DNA of 64,000 nucleotides from NCBI GenBank assembly GCA_043228905.1, contig JBHGNT010000006.1:8742001-8806000 (forward strand). The letters are read 5' to 3'. The position numbers and the translations under genes are program-made. Under the pieces are notes generated by a model, which saw nothing but the letters and a program-made list of their open reading frames with translations, did no database searches and was not told where the DNA came from. This DNA is from Azolla caroliniana (taxonomy: Eukaryota > Plantae > Polypodiophyta). Shown here one piece after another: positions 14,708 through 27,234 of this stretch (positions are counted from its first letter, which is position 1; each line of letters opens with the position of its first letter).

Positions 14708-15680
14708 CATCTGAACTCCTCTATTTGAATACTACCTTCCATGTCCAATGCACACTACTTGGCTGCACAATTTCTATTTATTTGGTAAAACACTAACAAA
14801 TATTTGGGATCGGATAGGTTGCTCGTGGTGATAGAAGTGGGGAAGATGGCATTCCCATGCTTCTTAAGATACCACGAATATTTGATCCATGGGGAGGCTC
14901 TAGCATCATTGGTTTTGGAGACATCCTTCTCCCTGGCTTGTTAATCTCCTTTGTAAAACGGTAACGAAACTATATGGATGCAAGCATGAGGGCATGAGTA
15001 GTCCTACTAATGGCTCTTACTATTCTTCTCCTTCTTCAAGTTTTTCACATTAACAATCTTTGCAATGAAAGTCATTTGTTTATCCTGTGACCTTTTGTGT
15101 CCTAGGTTTGATGCAGCGACGAAGAAAAGCCTTCGGAATGGCTATTTTCTTTGGCTTTTGATAGGCTATGGCTTTGGTAAGCCTATTTGATTTCACATTA
15201 TGCCATGCAATCTTTCTTTTTGCAATACATTTTATTGCATTATGAAACACGCACGCCACCAACATTATTGAGAGACATGTGTTTTATTTCATCGTCCATA
15301 ATGGTTTTCCGACTTTGACTTTTGTAGGACTCTTTGTAACATACGTTGCACTTAACCTTATGGATGGCCAAGGGCAACCTGCATTAATGTACATTGTTCC
15401 CTTTACTCTAGGTAAAGTTTTAAGCTTCATGGGTTTATTATTTGATTGATTATTTATTGCAACCAAGGATATGTAGGAGTGGAACTCTCAATACATAACA
15501 TATACGACAAGAGTCAAACCTCTAGGACAATTTGGCTCATATGGTGGAAATGCTTATTAATGTTTTTTACTTTTGCATGTAGGGTCACTATATTTCCTTG
15601 GTTGGAGACGAGGAGAGTTGGCAATTCTATGGAAAGGTGTCCCTCCACGAAAATGCCCACATATTGTACAAATGACATAA
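9554..15680 (+). CDS. SPPL: Signal peptide peptidase-like aspartyl intramembrane protease (PA domain + peptidase A22B), SPPL2/4-like. Exons: 9554-9703, 10835-10993, 11085-11196, 11529-11654, 11799-11950, 12342-12524, 12985-13019, 13131-13287, 13612-13665, 13784-13876, 14818-14960, 15106-15176, 15328-15411, 15583-15680
   Basis: Signal peptide followed by GDIVHDD.APK..GC.N.FVLVKV. PA domain [14 protein letters not shown]. Catalytic YD (FLYDIFWVF) and GFGDILLPG motifs, plus [10 protein letters not shown]. All 14 exons join in frame by hand using GT-AG junctions and one GC-AG. Confidence 0.95.
12608..12947. repeat. ~168-bp tandem duplication in SPPL intron 6
   Basis: ATCTCTTATTTGCAAGCGTACCATAATG...TCTAGGTTTTGATTA occurs at 12608 and again at 12776, nearly identical. 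Confidence 0.9.
14620..14706. repeat. Compound (CT)n(AT)n microsatellite in SPPL intron 10
   Basis: Directly visible in the sequence. Confidence 0.95.
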
Positions 15681-18600
15681 CTATGTTGTTTCATTATATG
15701 ACTTTCACTTGTTTGAGGCTAAGGTCACCCACGTGTATATATTCACATAAATTGAAACGTGATGGCGTCTTTTTGCGAGGAAAACATTGCAAAAATGTCA
15801 AAGTGTTTGTAATAATGTATTACCAATGAAACTTTTAGTTTCACACTGGAGTTACCTTTTAACCATATATAGCAATCAATTTTTCAGTTACTTATTGAGT
15901 TAGCGTAGAGGATATTGAGATTACATGGTAACGTTTTGAATGCATCCATCCATTCACTACAAAGGATGAGATGGTTTATGTTGTTTACTTTTAAAGGAAC
16001 TCTTAAAGTTTAATGAATGAGTTAACAAACTATGAAGCCATTGAAATGGCAACAACACTTGATCCTAATATAGTGATACTAGAATTCTTGTCTTCCAATG
16101 GGCAACTTGAGCTTTATAATCAAACTAGAATTGAAAGCACACATGCACGTAGACACATTTATTATTGCATTGAAATTGTTCTATTTTAAAAGACAACTTG
16201 AGCCCATCAAACAAACTAGATCTATAATGCATGCAAATACACAGATATATCGATAACTTTGGATTTATGCCCTTGGAACAAATTGTGTACCTTATGAGCA
16301 ACAAATATACAAGTGCATCCTCTACACAAAGGTAATAGCCAATTTGATTTTCACAACAGTAATGTTTAAAACCTTACTATGGTCCTTTTGCAAAATAGAC
16401 ATGGTTGCAATAATGAAAAGATTACTATAGTCCTTTCACAAAAATACAGAGTTGCAATAATCAAGGGACTAGAACAGATTGTACGCACTACCAAGAGGCT
16501 CTTACAAAATAGGACAATAGCTCTCAACTTTCTTGGATTAGTGGGGACTCATCAATTACCCATAAAAGATTCATGATTGATTACACATGTTCCAACGAGT
16601 GGGCGAACCTAAGTTGGAGGCTTGCCTCCATACCATTATAGAATTGTTTAAGGAAACAAAGATTTGACGTGGGGTGTTTATTCATGTGCAATCATCGTAA
16701 ATCCTATGCATGCACAGCCACGCTAAAAAGAGTTCTTCGAAACCTTGAGGTCAAATTCGATATCTCACATGACCCATTAAGTGTAGGGTTGATTTCACAA
16801 TAATATTTTGGTGATGTAACTTTGGAGGGAGTATTCTAATACGAGGAGGTGCCTTGATCTCTGGAGAAGAATAGATGTGTTGAAACTCGGATTCTCCATA
16901 TTGCAAAAGTAGAAAGAAGACCAAATTGGTGTTATTAGTGTCTAGTTTGTTTCTTGCCCAAAAGGCTAAGAAAAGAAATCCAACAATAAAAACAAAATCT
17001 AATATCACCAGAAGACATTACAAAGTTCATTACGTGTGATGGTTTGTTTGAAATCCAATAGTAATCACAAAATCTAATATCAGCACAAGACATTACAAAA
17101 TTCATCATTTATGAGGATTTGCTTGATAAAGAAGACTACTCCATGAGTTAACCAATGTTTCTTACATGTGTGCTTGTTGAACCAATTTAATGTTATCGGC
17201 AAGGCTGTATACAATTTCTTGCTTGAAGAAGGATTGACAAGTGATAAATCCATCTTGATTTCTTTCAGTGGAGCATTAAGATATTTGGGGGGATAAATCC
17301 ATTTGATTATCCATGACAAGCCAAACACCCCAAAATAAACTTATCAATGATGTTCAAATCATCTTTCATTGAGTGGTATTAACAATGGTGCGAATAATGA
17401 GGATTATGCACACCTTCTTGCAGTTATATTTCAAAAAGGCAAATTGACCGAGAAGTTCTCTTTTATCAAGAGAAAGCAAAAAACAAAATGTAATAATGCT
17501 TAGTGTCATTATGTGGGAGAGATGAAGAGAGAATCGATTGATATGGTAGAGAAAGGGAGGTAAATGTACACATTGTTAAATGATTGAAGCTATTGACATC
17601 AATATACAAACACTCCTATTTTTCTCTATGGGAAATAACTACGCCGCTTAGTGGCATTGCCCTCGGGTTCCATGAAAGAACTATCATTGAGCGAATAATG
17701 ATTTACAACGACAACCAATAACTTATCAAATTTGATTCTCATATCATGATGATCACGATTCATGATCGTACACCTAGGTATTATGCATGCCATCAAACCA
17801 CATAATATGAATCATAGATCTCCCAAGAATAACCACAAAGAGGCACTAACACTTGCATGCACAACATATTCATCGATAAGTTTCGGATAATAATTACAAA
17901 GAGACATTATTATCTTTTGGACATACACTATATTCATCATTCATGGAAAATGAAGAATGCAAAACGCACCGAATTTTTTTTAGGACATTTAAACAATTAG
18001 ATGCGAACATCCCAAAGAACATTTACACCCTTCAAAATGGATCATGTTTGCATGTAATATATGGTGAATAAACATGTGTATTTTTTTTGTATACATGAAT
18101 TATATAAGGATGGTACTCTCACTTGTAGCTAATCGAGAAAAAACTTATAGTAAAAGTATCACATTATAGTGAAACATAAGGCAAGGGCATAATCATAAGG
18201 AGTATACTCGAGGCTATAAAGCAAATGGATGAACATATGTAGTAGGATTACAAAAAAAATTTCCATGTTCTTTAGTGCATAACACGAATGTTGTGAATTA
18301 TTCATGAATATAATTCACATTACATAGTCCTATCTTTAACACATGTCATGGCTCCTAAAATCGATGGCGTTGCCTTTGAAAAACTAGTCCTCCATAGCTT
18401 CTCAATCACTCTTTTGAGAATGCGTTATGCCCCTATGAGAAAGATGGCACAAACTTTCGCATCATCATCTAACAACAATGACAAGGAATGATCCTTTGGC
18501 TTGAAATCATAAATTCGTGAACCTCTCGATATATGTGCTCCATGTTGGATTTTAGGGGAGCAATTGGATTATCGAGATAAACTCTCCCTCACGCTTCAAT

Positions 18601-19405
18601 ATCTAATCAAGTGGCAACGTTGATCATTATATTGTCCTCATCATCCCACATGCTCAAAAGCAAAACATTAAAGTTGCCCATTGTAAGAAACATATGGGGC
18701 ACTCAAACGAATTTGGCATTGAGCACTATCACATGGATGGAGTTTTGCACATTTTCCAATGTGATGAAGGGTCGTTAGTTAGGGAATCTAAATTCAATCA
18801 CACCATGAGTAGAAGGCATGGATGAGCTATGAGGTGATTGAGAGAGGTTACGAAAAAATCGTCCCACAAACTTCCATGATCAACTCAAATACACCATATT
18901 ACCAGACAAGACATTTGTTGCTGCATTTTTACCAACTTCAAATTTAAATGATGTGGGGTTTTATTTTGCCACAAAATATTGTTGGAACTTCATGCTCTCA
19001 AGTCTCCACCCAAACACCATTTATTATGATCCAAGTTGACGACCATGGTTGAATCCTCGTTGCACCCAAGGCCACCAATATTTGGGAAATTTAATAGGAA
19101 TCTAGTGGAATTTATACTATTGGATTCTGTTCCCTATGTATTTATTTCAAACCGACAAGTTAAAAATTTTAAACAATGGTTTATGCATCCACGCGTAATG
19201 AGCTCAGTGTCGAAGAAGACCGCGAAGACATCTTGATCTGAAGTAGAAGAGGAGGACAAGAAGAAGAAGCGAAAGTCCCATGGTCAGCACCGCCGATTTA
19301 TTTTTGGGCCATGAAGCTTACACTCATTCATTGTTAGTCTTGCCCCCCAGGCCTTTTAAATGATGATATACCTTAATCCGAAATCCCCAAAAGGCGAAAG
19401 TGAGT

Positions 19406-19595
19406 TTACCCCAACTTACTCAATTTTTATTCCAAACTTGCAGTGCTCACTTTGGAACTCCACAACAACTCTTATTTGCTTCGAAAAAGTGTTTGACAAG
19501 TAGAATTCCATGGTGAGAGGTTACTTCAACTTGCTCGATTTTATTCCGAACTTGCTTTGCTCACTTTGGAACTCCATAGCAACTCTTAGTTGCCC
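19406..19595. repeat. Diverged direct repeat (two copies, ~114-bp period)
   Basis: CAACTT.CTC.ATTTT.ATTCC.AACTTGC..TGCTCACTTTGGAACTCCA..CAACTCTTA.TTGC occurs twice. Confidence 0.75.
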
Positions 19596-21364
19596 AAACA
19601 AATGTTGCTTAGCTTATAAGGTTATCTAGAGGAGTGTAGTAGTGCTTTGCATTCAAGCCAAACAATCTACACATTGGCATCCAATTAATTAGTGCATGTT
19701 GTGAGATTTGAACCCTAATGCACAAGTTAGTAAAATACTTGGCTTACCACCAAGGTATAACCTTTATGAAAGAGTCTAATAACCCTTCACCATTATCAAT
19801 AGAGATACAAGTTAGTTCATAATTTGTCATCCTCATTGCATACCAACTGGTAATACAATATTTGGATAGAATGCTATTAGTTAGCTGTCTCCAACATTAG
19901 CCAAATGGCATTGACATCTTCATAGAGGGTGTCATACTTCCCTCCACAGATTGACACATACGTGTTATTTGTGATATTCACAATATTCAAGAATAAGGAA
20001 TGGCCCCAAGAATATTATAAAACCATTCATTTTGCAAAATAAATTTACATAATAAATATTAATTAATTCACTAAAAAAAGAGCAATCACTCATTAATAGA
20101 AATATGAAAGGACTTAAAGAACCTCTTTTGCTCTCTATTTTGTTTTGCTTAGTTTTGCATTCTCAAAAGCCTCTCGACATCATCTTTTTTGTTCATCATA
20201 CCTAATGTTACTTCAATAAGGCATAATCCTTTTTCCATTATTCTTCTAATGAGACAATCACTTGGATGTATGTATCTATAACCTATTTCTCAACATGCGC
20301 ATGAGTCAATCTATTTCTCTTTTATTGTATGTATCAATGAGAGAATGTGCTCCAATTTCGTTCACAAGAAGATGCACATGAACCTCGAGAAAACACACAA
20401 ATGTCAAGTCTTTTTAAGTTTGGAGGTCATGCTCCAAATGTTTCCCACCACTTAATTGCATTATGTATTCTAGTTGGATCGTTTGCTATAGGAACTTGAA
20501 ATGTACTTTTTTCTTGAGTTCTATAAGCATGGAATTATCCAATAAAACACCACATAGATGTACATCAACATTAGTGTTGCAACAACCATCTCCATCTCTT
20601 GTGTCACACTTGATCCACTGGGAATGGTCGAAATTAGGAATTTCAGTTGAAACTCTAATTTGCAAGCCGAGAACAAGATGTCGGGGGAGGTGAAGAAGTA
20701 GGCATCACGTATAGGATACATACATGGAGAGGCTTCTTTTGTTCGCTTGCTAGGTAAGTTTTAAAAAAATAAAACGAATACTTTTCCATCTATTCGTCAT
20801 ATTCATATGCATTCGTGGGGGAGGCCCTACGAATGCAAAATATGTCAATCTATGCTTCCCTCCAATATGCATGTATGCTAGGCACCCAAACACCCTTCCG
20901 TCTAGTATGCTTGTATGTGAGGTATCTGCTCTAGGAAGCTTGTTTACGAAAGAAGGCGGCCGTTTCATGCGCACGACGCAATGGATCCCTTAGACATTTG
21001 CTACATTCAGAAACACAAACAAAAGTGTGGGCTTGCCAACGATGTGTCGGAAGCAAAACAAAAAAGAGCGCAAAAGAGGTTCTTTAAGGGGTAATAGAGT
21101 GAGTACATAGTTAATGTGTGAGAGAGAGGGGTTATGTATCTATCTATCTGGCATGCAGAACAGAGAGGGGGGGCGGGGGGACCAGACCATTATGTATACT
21201 GTTTAATGCAAACCTGAGTTTGAGAGTGGACATACATACATACATACATGCATATATGTATGAGAGAGAGAGAGAGAGAGAGTGTGTGTGTATAGAAAGG
21301 TAGTAAAGTATGTAACAAATCAGCCAGCCATATCATGTATATATATACATTATACATATTATAC

Positions 21365-21410
<46 letters not shown>

Positions 21411-21697
21411 ATATGTATTATGTATGAATATAATGCATATATATATATAGCTAGCTAGCCTCCACAAACACCATAACTCTGCATCTACATATTTGTATAC
21501 AGGGTCAGCTAGTTACAGTTAGTTTTGACAAGAAGAACACACCCATTGTTTGTTATATAGTTAAGTGTTTACTGTCTAAACAACTGATACACTTCCATAC
21601 TTTGTAGTAGTAGTTGGCTGCTTACTATTACAATTTAGTACTACCTACTTACTACTTACTCCTTACTAGTAGTAAGTAGTAAGTAGTAAGTAGTAGC

Positions 21698-23422
21698 ATG
21701 GGTAAAGCCATCACCAACAATCACTCATACCTCCATAGCTTCCATGGTAGCTTGCCCATTTTCTTCTTCCTCCCTATCCTTTCTATTATTTTCGCCGCCA
21801 TTGCTTATCTCCATCATCATGATGAAGGTAGTAAGAAGGCTTCTTCCACTTCACCCCATGATCCCCTCCACTTCTTCCATCATCTCCTCCACTTCTTCTG
21901 GCTTCTCAAGCGCTACCACATTGCGGCGGCCTGCTGGCTCTTCGCTGCAGCATGCGTTGTCCACCGATTCGTGTGTTGCCGCCTCCGGCTATGGTGGAGG
22001 CCGGTGTACGTTCTGGACTTTGTGTGCTACAAGCCCCAGGACGAGCTGAAATGCAACTACGAGGTGTCGGAGTTCATGACCAGGAGCAATGCACACAGAT
22101 TCTCGCTGCCCAGCATGGATTTCCAGCGGAAGATCTTCGAGAGGTCGGGCCTGGGCGACGAGACCTACCTTCCAGCGGGCCTAGTGTTCAAGGACCCAAA
22201 CCCTAGGCCCAACTGGAACGCAAAGAACCATAACCCTAACTCTAACCCTAACCCTAGCCCTAGCCCTAGCCCTAGCCCAACCCTAACCCAAAGATCAGAC
22301 GTTAGGTGTAATGGTGTGATGCCTTCTTTTGAAGATGCGAGGGCGGAGGCGGAGGAGGTGCTGTTCGGCTCCGTGGGGGAGCTCCTCTTCAAGTGCAATG
22401 TGAAGCCACAGGACATATCCATAGTGGTCACAAACTGCAGCCTGCATTGCCCAAGCCCATCGTATGCGTCCATGATAGTCTCCAAATTCAAGCTGAAGGA
22501 GGATGTGAAGACCTTCCATTTGGGGGGCATGGGGTGCAGCGCATCCCTCATCGCGTGCAAGCTCGCGGCCGATTTGCTACGGGCCGGAGCCCGGGCCAGG
22601 GCCAGAGCCAGGGCCACTACTACTAGTAGTCTCCTCCTCGGCCCCGGCCCGAGCCCCGGCTACGCCCTAGTCGTAAGCACCGAGAACATAACCCTCAACT
22701 ACTACTTCGGCAACGAGAAGCCGATGCTTGTCACCAATTGCCTCTTCCGCGTCGGCTGCGCCGCAATTCTCCTCACCGACACCCCGTCCGACCGATCCCG
22801 CAGCAAGTACCAGCTCCTCCATTGCGTCCGCACCCACAAGGCCTCCGACAACAATGCCTATGCCTGCGCCTACCAGACCGACGACTCGGCCGGCATCCCC
22901 GGCGTCTCCCTCAACAAGAACCTCATGGGCGTCGCGGCCGATGCGCTCCGCACCAATATCCGCTCCCTCGCCCCCCTCATCCTCCCCGTCCGCGAGCAAT
23001 TCCACTTCTTGTCCGCCCTCGTCGCCCGCGAGCTCCTCCACATGAAGGTGAAGCCTTACCAGCCCGACTTCAAGCCCGCGATCCGTCACTTCTGCCTCCA
23101 CGCCGGCGGACGCGCGGTCATCGACGAGATCCAGAAGAACCTCTACCTCGACGACTACTTGCTCGAGCCGTCCCGCGCTACCCTCCACCGCTGGGGCAAC
23201 ACCTCCGCCAGCTGCGTGTGGTATGTCTTGGCCTACATGGAGTGCAAAGAGCGGGTCAAGTCCGGCGACAAGGTGTGGATGCTCGGCTTGGGCTCCGGTT
23301 TCAAGTGTAATAGCGTCATTTTGAAAGCCGTCTCCGACATCCCGGCTTCGACGCTCAATGCTTGGGCCGATTGCATTCATCGATACCCCGCCGCATATAA
23401 AGTGCCTAAGAAACCATTCTGA
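21698..23422 (+). CDS. KCS: 3-ketoacyl-CoA synthase (FAE1/KCS very-long-chain fatty acid elongase), intronless, 574 aa
   Basis: Two N-terminal hydrophobic segments. Motifs VYVLDFVCYKP, RSGLGDETYLP, LGGMGCSA (catalytic Cys), VVSTENIT.NYY.GN, NCLFRVG, HFCLHAGGRAVIDE, WGNTS and GSGFKCNS. Confidence 0.97.
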   Translation: MGKAITNNHSYLHSFHGSLPIFFFLPILSIIFAAIAYLHHHDEGSKKASSTSPHDPLHFFHHLLHFFWLLKRYHIAAACWLFAAACVVHRFVCCRLRLWWRPVYVLDFVCYKPQDELKCNYEVSEFMTRSNAHRFSLPSMDFQRKIFERSGLGDETYLPAGLVFKDPNPRPNWNAKNHNPNSNPNPSPSPSPSPTLTQRSDVRCNGVMPSFEDARAEAEEVLFGSVGELLFKCNVKPQDISIVVTNCSLHCPSPSYASMIVSKFKLKEDVKTFHLGGMGCSASLIACKLAADLLRAGARARARARATTTSSLLLGPGPSPGYALVVSTENITLNYYFGNEKPMLVTNCLFRVGCAAILLTDTPSDRSRSKYQLLHCVRTHKASDNNAYACAYQTDDSAGIPGVSLNKNLMGVAADALRTNIRSLAPLILPVREQFHFLSALVARELLHMKVKPYQPDFKPAIRHFCLHAGGRAVIDEIQKNLYLDDYLLEPSRATLHRWGNTSASCVWYVLAYMECKERVKSGDKVWMLGLGSGFKCNSVILKAVSDIPASTLNAWADCIHRYPAAYKVPKKPF

Positions 23423-26400
23423 AAATCACACACACTCTAACATTCTTTACAATGCTGCAATGAACACATGAACCCTCCCTCGTTCTCGTTCGTTCTTATA
23501 TAATTCACGATTGTTGTGCAAATTTTTTTGATATGGATTGTTCCCCATTCCTCCCCCCGCCCAAAAAAGGCAAATATTATTCGATCTATGGTTTTTGAAA
23601 GTTTTGTTTTGACAAGCAACAACAACTTCGATCAAGTTTCTATTATTTCCGATAGATAGCCTAGGCCCTAGTTCGAATTTGAAAAAAAAGTTAATATGTA
23701 TGTAAGTAAAGAAGCCTTATTAATACTATGTTCTCTCTCCCCGAGAAATCTTTCACTTCACTCCCTATCCATATTTTTTTATTCAGTCTTTTCGTTAATC
23801 TAGCTTTTGCTACTTGAGTGATCCCCTAATTTACTCTTGAATGTGTTGAATTTAATAAAAGACTTTTAAAGCAGCTACTGTTCCGATAAACCAAGTTCGA
23901 ACCGATACCATGGAATTCATCGATACCTCCATCGTTTTGTTCATCATTCGTACGTACATGCTGACGGAGTACCCGTATCTGTTGCATTTCCTTGTTTCGC
24001 AGTCTTGAGGTCTCTCATCTCTACATATTTGGTAATTTTATGCTCAATCCCAAGTTCTACAGTGTTGTATGTACAATGCAAGTGACATCTTGTTTTCGCT
24101 TGCTTCCTTTTCTAGTTTAGGTCACTCACAAGTTTCTACAAAGTTGTGTAGGCACAAGGATTCATGGGAGAGGTTTTGTTTTTGCCTTCATGTCAAGTGT
24201 CTTATCACTTGTATAGTCTTTGTAGTTTCCTTTATATTCTTTGTCACTTTGACTCTTTTCTTCCATGTGCATGCACCCTTGTTTCCCCATGGCTGTTTCC
24301 ATCCGTCCATTCGTTCCATTTGTAAGAGTATCCATCTTTTTGTAGATCTTTAATATCATGTATTCTTGATTTGATGGACTGCTTTATTATGGCGACTAAC
24401 ATGAAAAGACAAGATACACATGTCCACACACATAGTATACAACATTCCCATGCCGATCAATTATACACGTTTTCGACATATCCCAACATTTTCATGACTG
24501 ATGGTGCATTGCCTTAACATTTTAATGGCCAACAAATAATGATTATGGTTTGAATTTTGCTTGGCAATGTAGAAAGTTTTCGATAAGATGTGCAATTTGT
24601 ATGTTCCAATGATGTTACAAGTAAATTGTATTTAATCTAGTACAAATGCAATGTTTTGAGTAAATCGTATTGGTATGTTACTAGAAGAGAGGGTCCTTGT
24701 AAAGTGTAGCATGCCATTAATTAATGACAAATGCAATCAATGTAACATTTGAGACAAGCAAACCAGCCTAGTTAATATCTAGCAATATGTTGTGCATTCT
24801 CAATAGCTCTCTACCCCAAATGTAAACCAAGAGATGCGAGTAATTGATTTAAAAATTAATAAATACAAGCGGAATTGAAATTGCCTCATGTCAAATCATC
24901 TGTAGTAAAACGACGCAAAGATCAAAGAGAATAATGCTTTAATGAATGTCCCGTGACAACAACATTGTTACAACTTACAACTAACAAACACCAAAAGTAG
25001 TGGATTTGTGACTAAGTTTAGTGTGCAACCACATTCTCAATGCTCACACATGTATCACCCTTGTACAACTAAGGTTACCAACATTTTATGTTTTGCCATT
25101 GAGGCATGATGTTTTAAAAATAAGTTCCCCATTGTAAGAACTTCAGTAGTTGGCACCCATCATTTATAGAATACCGCGAGTAATGCATGTGGCATTGACA
25201 TGGATTCTCATTATAGTATGTATCTTCATGTAACTAGAAGGAAGATACCCACAACTCATTAGTTCAATAAGCAACCAAGTCTCCTTGAATAATCGAACTA
25301 TTATTAAACAACTATTTGAATTAATTAACATAATTGGGTTACTTCATTTAGTAGCTAAATAAAGTCTTAAGACTATAACCTTTTAAAGTGATTTATCAGA
25401 GTTTATGTTTTCCATTTTCCTTTAGTCAAAGTGGTTTGAAGTTGTACCAACGAGTTAATTTGATGACAATGATAGTTGATTTATATTTGCCAAAGCAAAA
25501 ATGTGGTGAAGAGTTGACACTTTGCAACGTTAAAATTCAACATGTATCGACATGATGTAATTTGCCAATTCTTCATCTATATCCTTTGTATTTTATGCAA
25601 CATAACACACGCATAGTCGTACACATGCATGTTGGAAATTTAGCTAGGTGTTCCTAGGTTGGCTTTACTCTTATGGAAGTGGCTAGCATCAAAACTCCAA
25701 AACCGGAGAGAACTCAAAGTCAACATTCATTTCAAGTTTGATCTCTCGTCCCACAGATTGTATGTGGTGTTTTGTGGATATTACACACACAACCCTTGAT
25801 GTAGTTTCTTCGTGCGAACATACAAAAGACGTGGATGCTCCTACTTCTAAATAAGCTCTCATGAAGGTAGTGACATTGACATGAAGCATATGCTTGAAAC
25901 TCATATCAACTTCCAAATTTCACAGAAAGCAAGCAAAAATGTTAAAAAGATGAGCAATAGAAAATACTCTTCAATCTCTACTACACTAGGTATTTATCTT
26001 ACTTTACTAGATGCCAACGTGGAATGTAGGGGTTGATCACATGACATTTTGGAATGTACCATCAAATATAAAAGCATTACACATATCCAAACTGTGATGC
26101 AAGTCCATTGCCGTATTGTCAAATAACGTCGTCACAAAACTTGCTAGATCTTAGAAATGTAACTTCAAAACTGACAAGCAATCAAACATTGTATAAAATG
26201 GTAAGTACTATGTCCACTGGAACAATGCAAAAGAAGCAATTGCATTTTTCTAGTCCACATCGCCTTAGAGATATTCCCAAAGGCCAACTCTCAATCAATA
26301 CAAGTGCAATTTCGAATTGCAACCACGTTTTAACTTTGCCATTATCCATAATTAGAGTTATGGACCTTCCATTCATGTTCAACCTTTTTTAAGAGAGTCA

Positions 26401-27234
26401 ATTAAGAAATGATATAAAAAATTAGTAGTCACTTGTAAAAATGATTTTTGACCCCGTAAAAGCCAAAAGCTACTGATTGTGTGGGGAAAAAGGTAAGGGT
26501 TCAAATCTTGCATGTGCTTACATGAGAATTATCCACCTCCTTTTGTATCTCGATGAGGAGGCGTAGATGAACATTTACTATGGGAAGTGGGCCTATTTTC
26601 TCACTACAAAAGGGAGAGGGAGGGCTTATTTTGAGGTTGATCTTTTTTTAAAGGTTTGAGCATTACTCCGAGGACTTAAGAGCTTCTTCTTCCTCCTTTT
26701 CTTGGAATTTATGTTTGGCCATATTTTTTGTACTGCTTGGGTTCTTCTTCTTCAAGTTTATTTATCGGCCCCATAGATTGACAAATTCGCATTCGTGGGA
26801 CCTCCACGAATGCATACGAATGTGAATATGAATACTCTAAGAGGAGAAGTTCTAGTATGAAAGTTGTCAAAGCGACATCGACAAAAGGCACATGATCGTC
26901 AATCGTGAGCTCGGGCCGCCAAACTCAGAGACCTCCTTTGCCATTATCTATTTCCTTGTATTCCATTTTTGTTCAGACTTTATGTAAAAAAGGGAATTAA
27001 TCATTGTAATAAAATTATGTGATTTTGTTTTTAATCCCTTCCTTATTGTAATTAGCTTAGACACAGTCAAGGGAATTCCACAAGAGGAAATTTATGAAAG
27101 GAATCCTGCAACACCCTTTCGAGTTCATGAGTGTTTGTTAATCCCACAAAGGTAATCCATGAGCACTCATTCATTACAGGACCACTGTTCACTCTACGAT
27201 GGCCAATCCACGAAGCGAATTCATGTGGGCCTTT

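Noticed and set aside
16000-20700. Possible hidden gene or transposase between SPPL and KCS
   Set aside because: Only short ORFs with no motifs I can recognise. Probably old TE debris, and not supportable without a search.
21744-23380. Long alternative-frame and antisense ORFs overlapping KCS (for example 22667-23380 - and 22738-23310 +)
   Set aside because: These are shadow ORFs caused by high GC3 codon bias, with no recognisable motifs.
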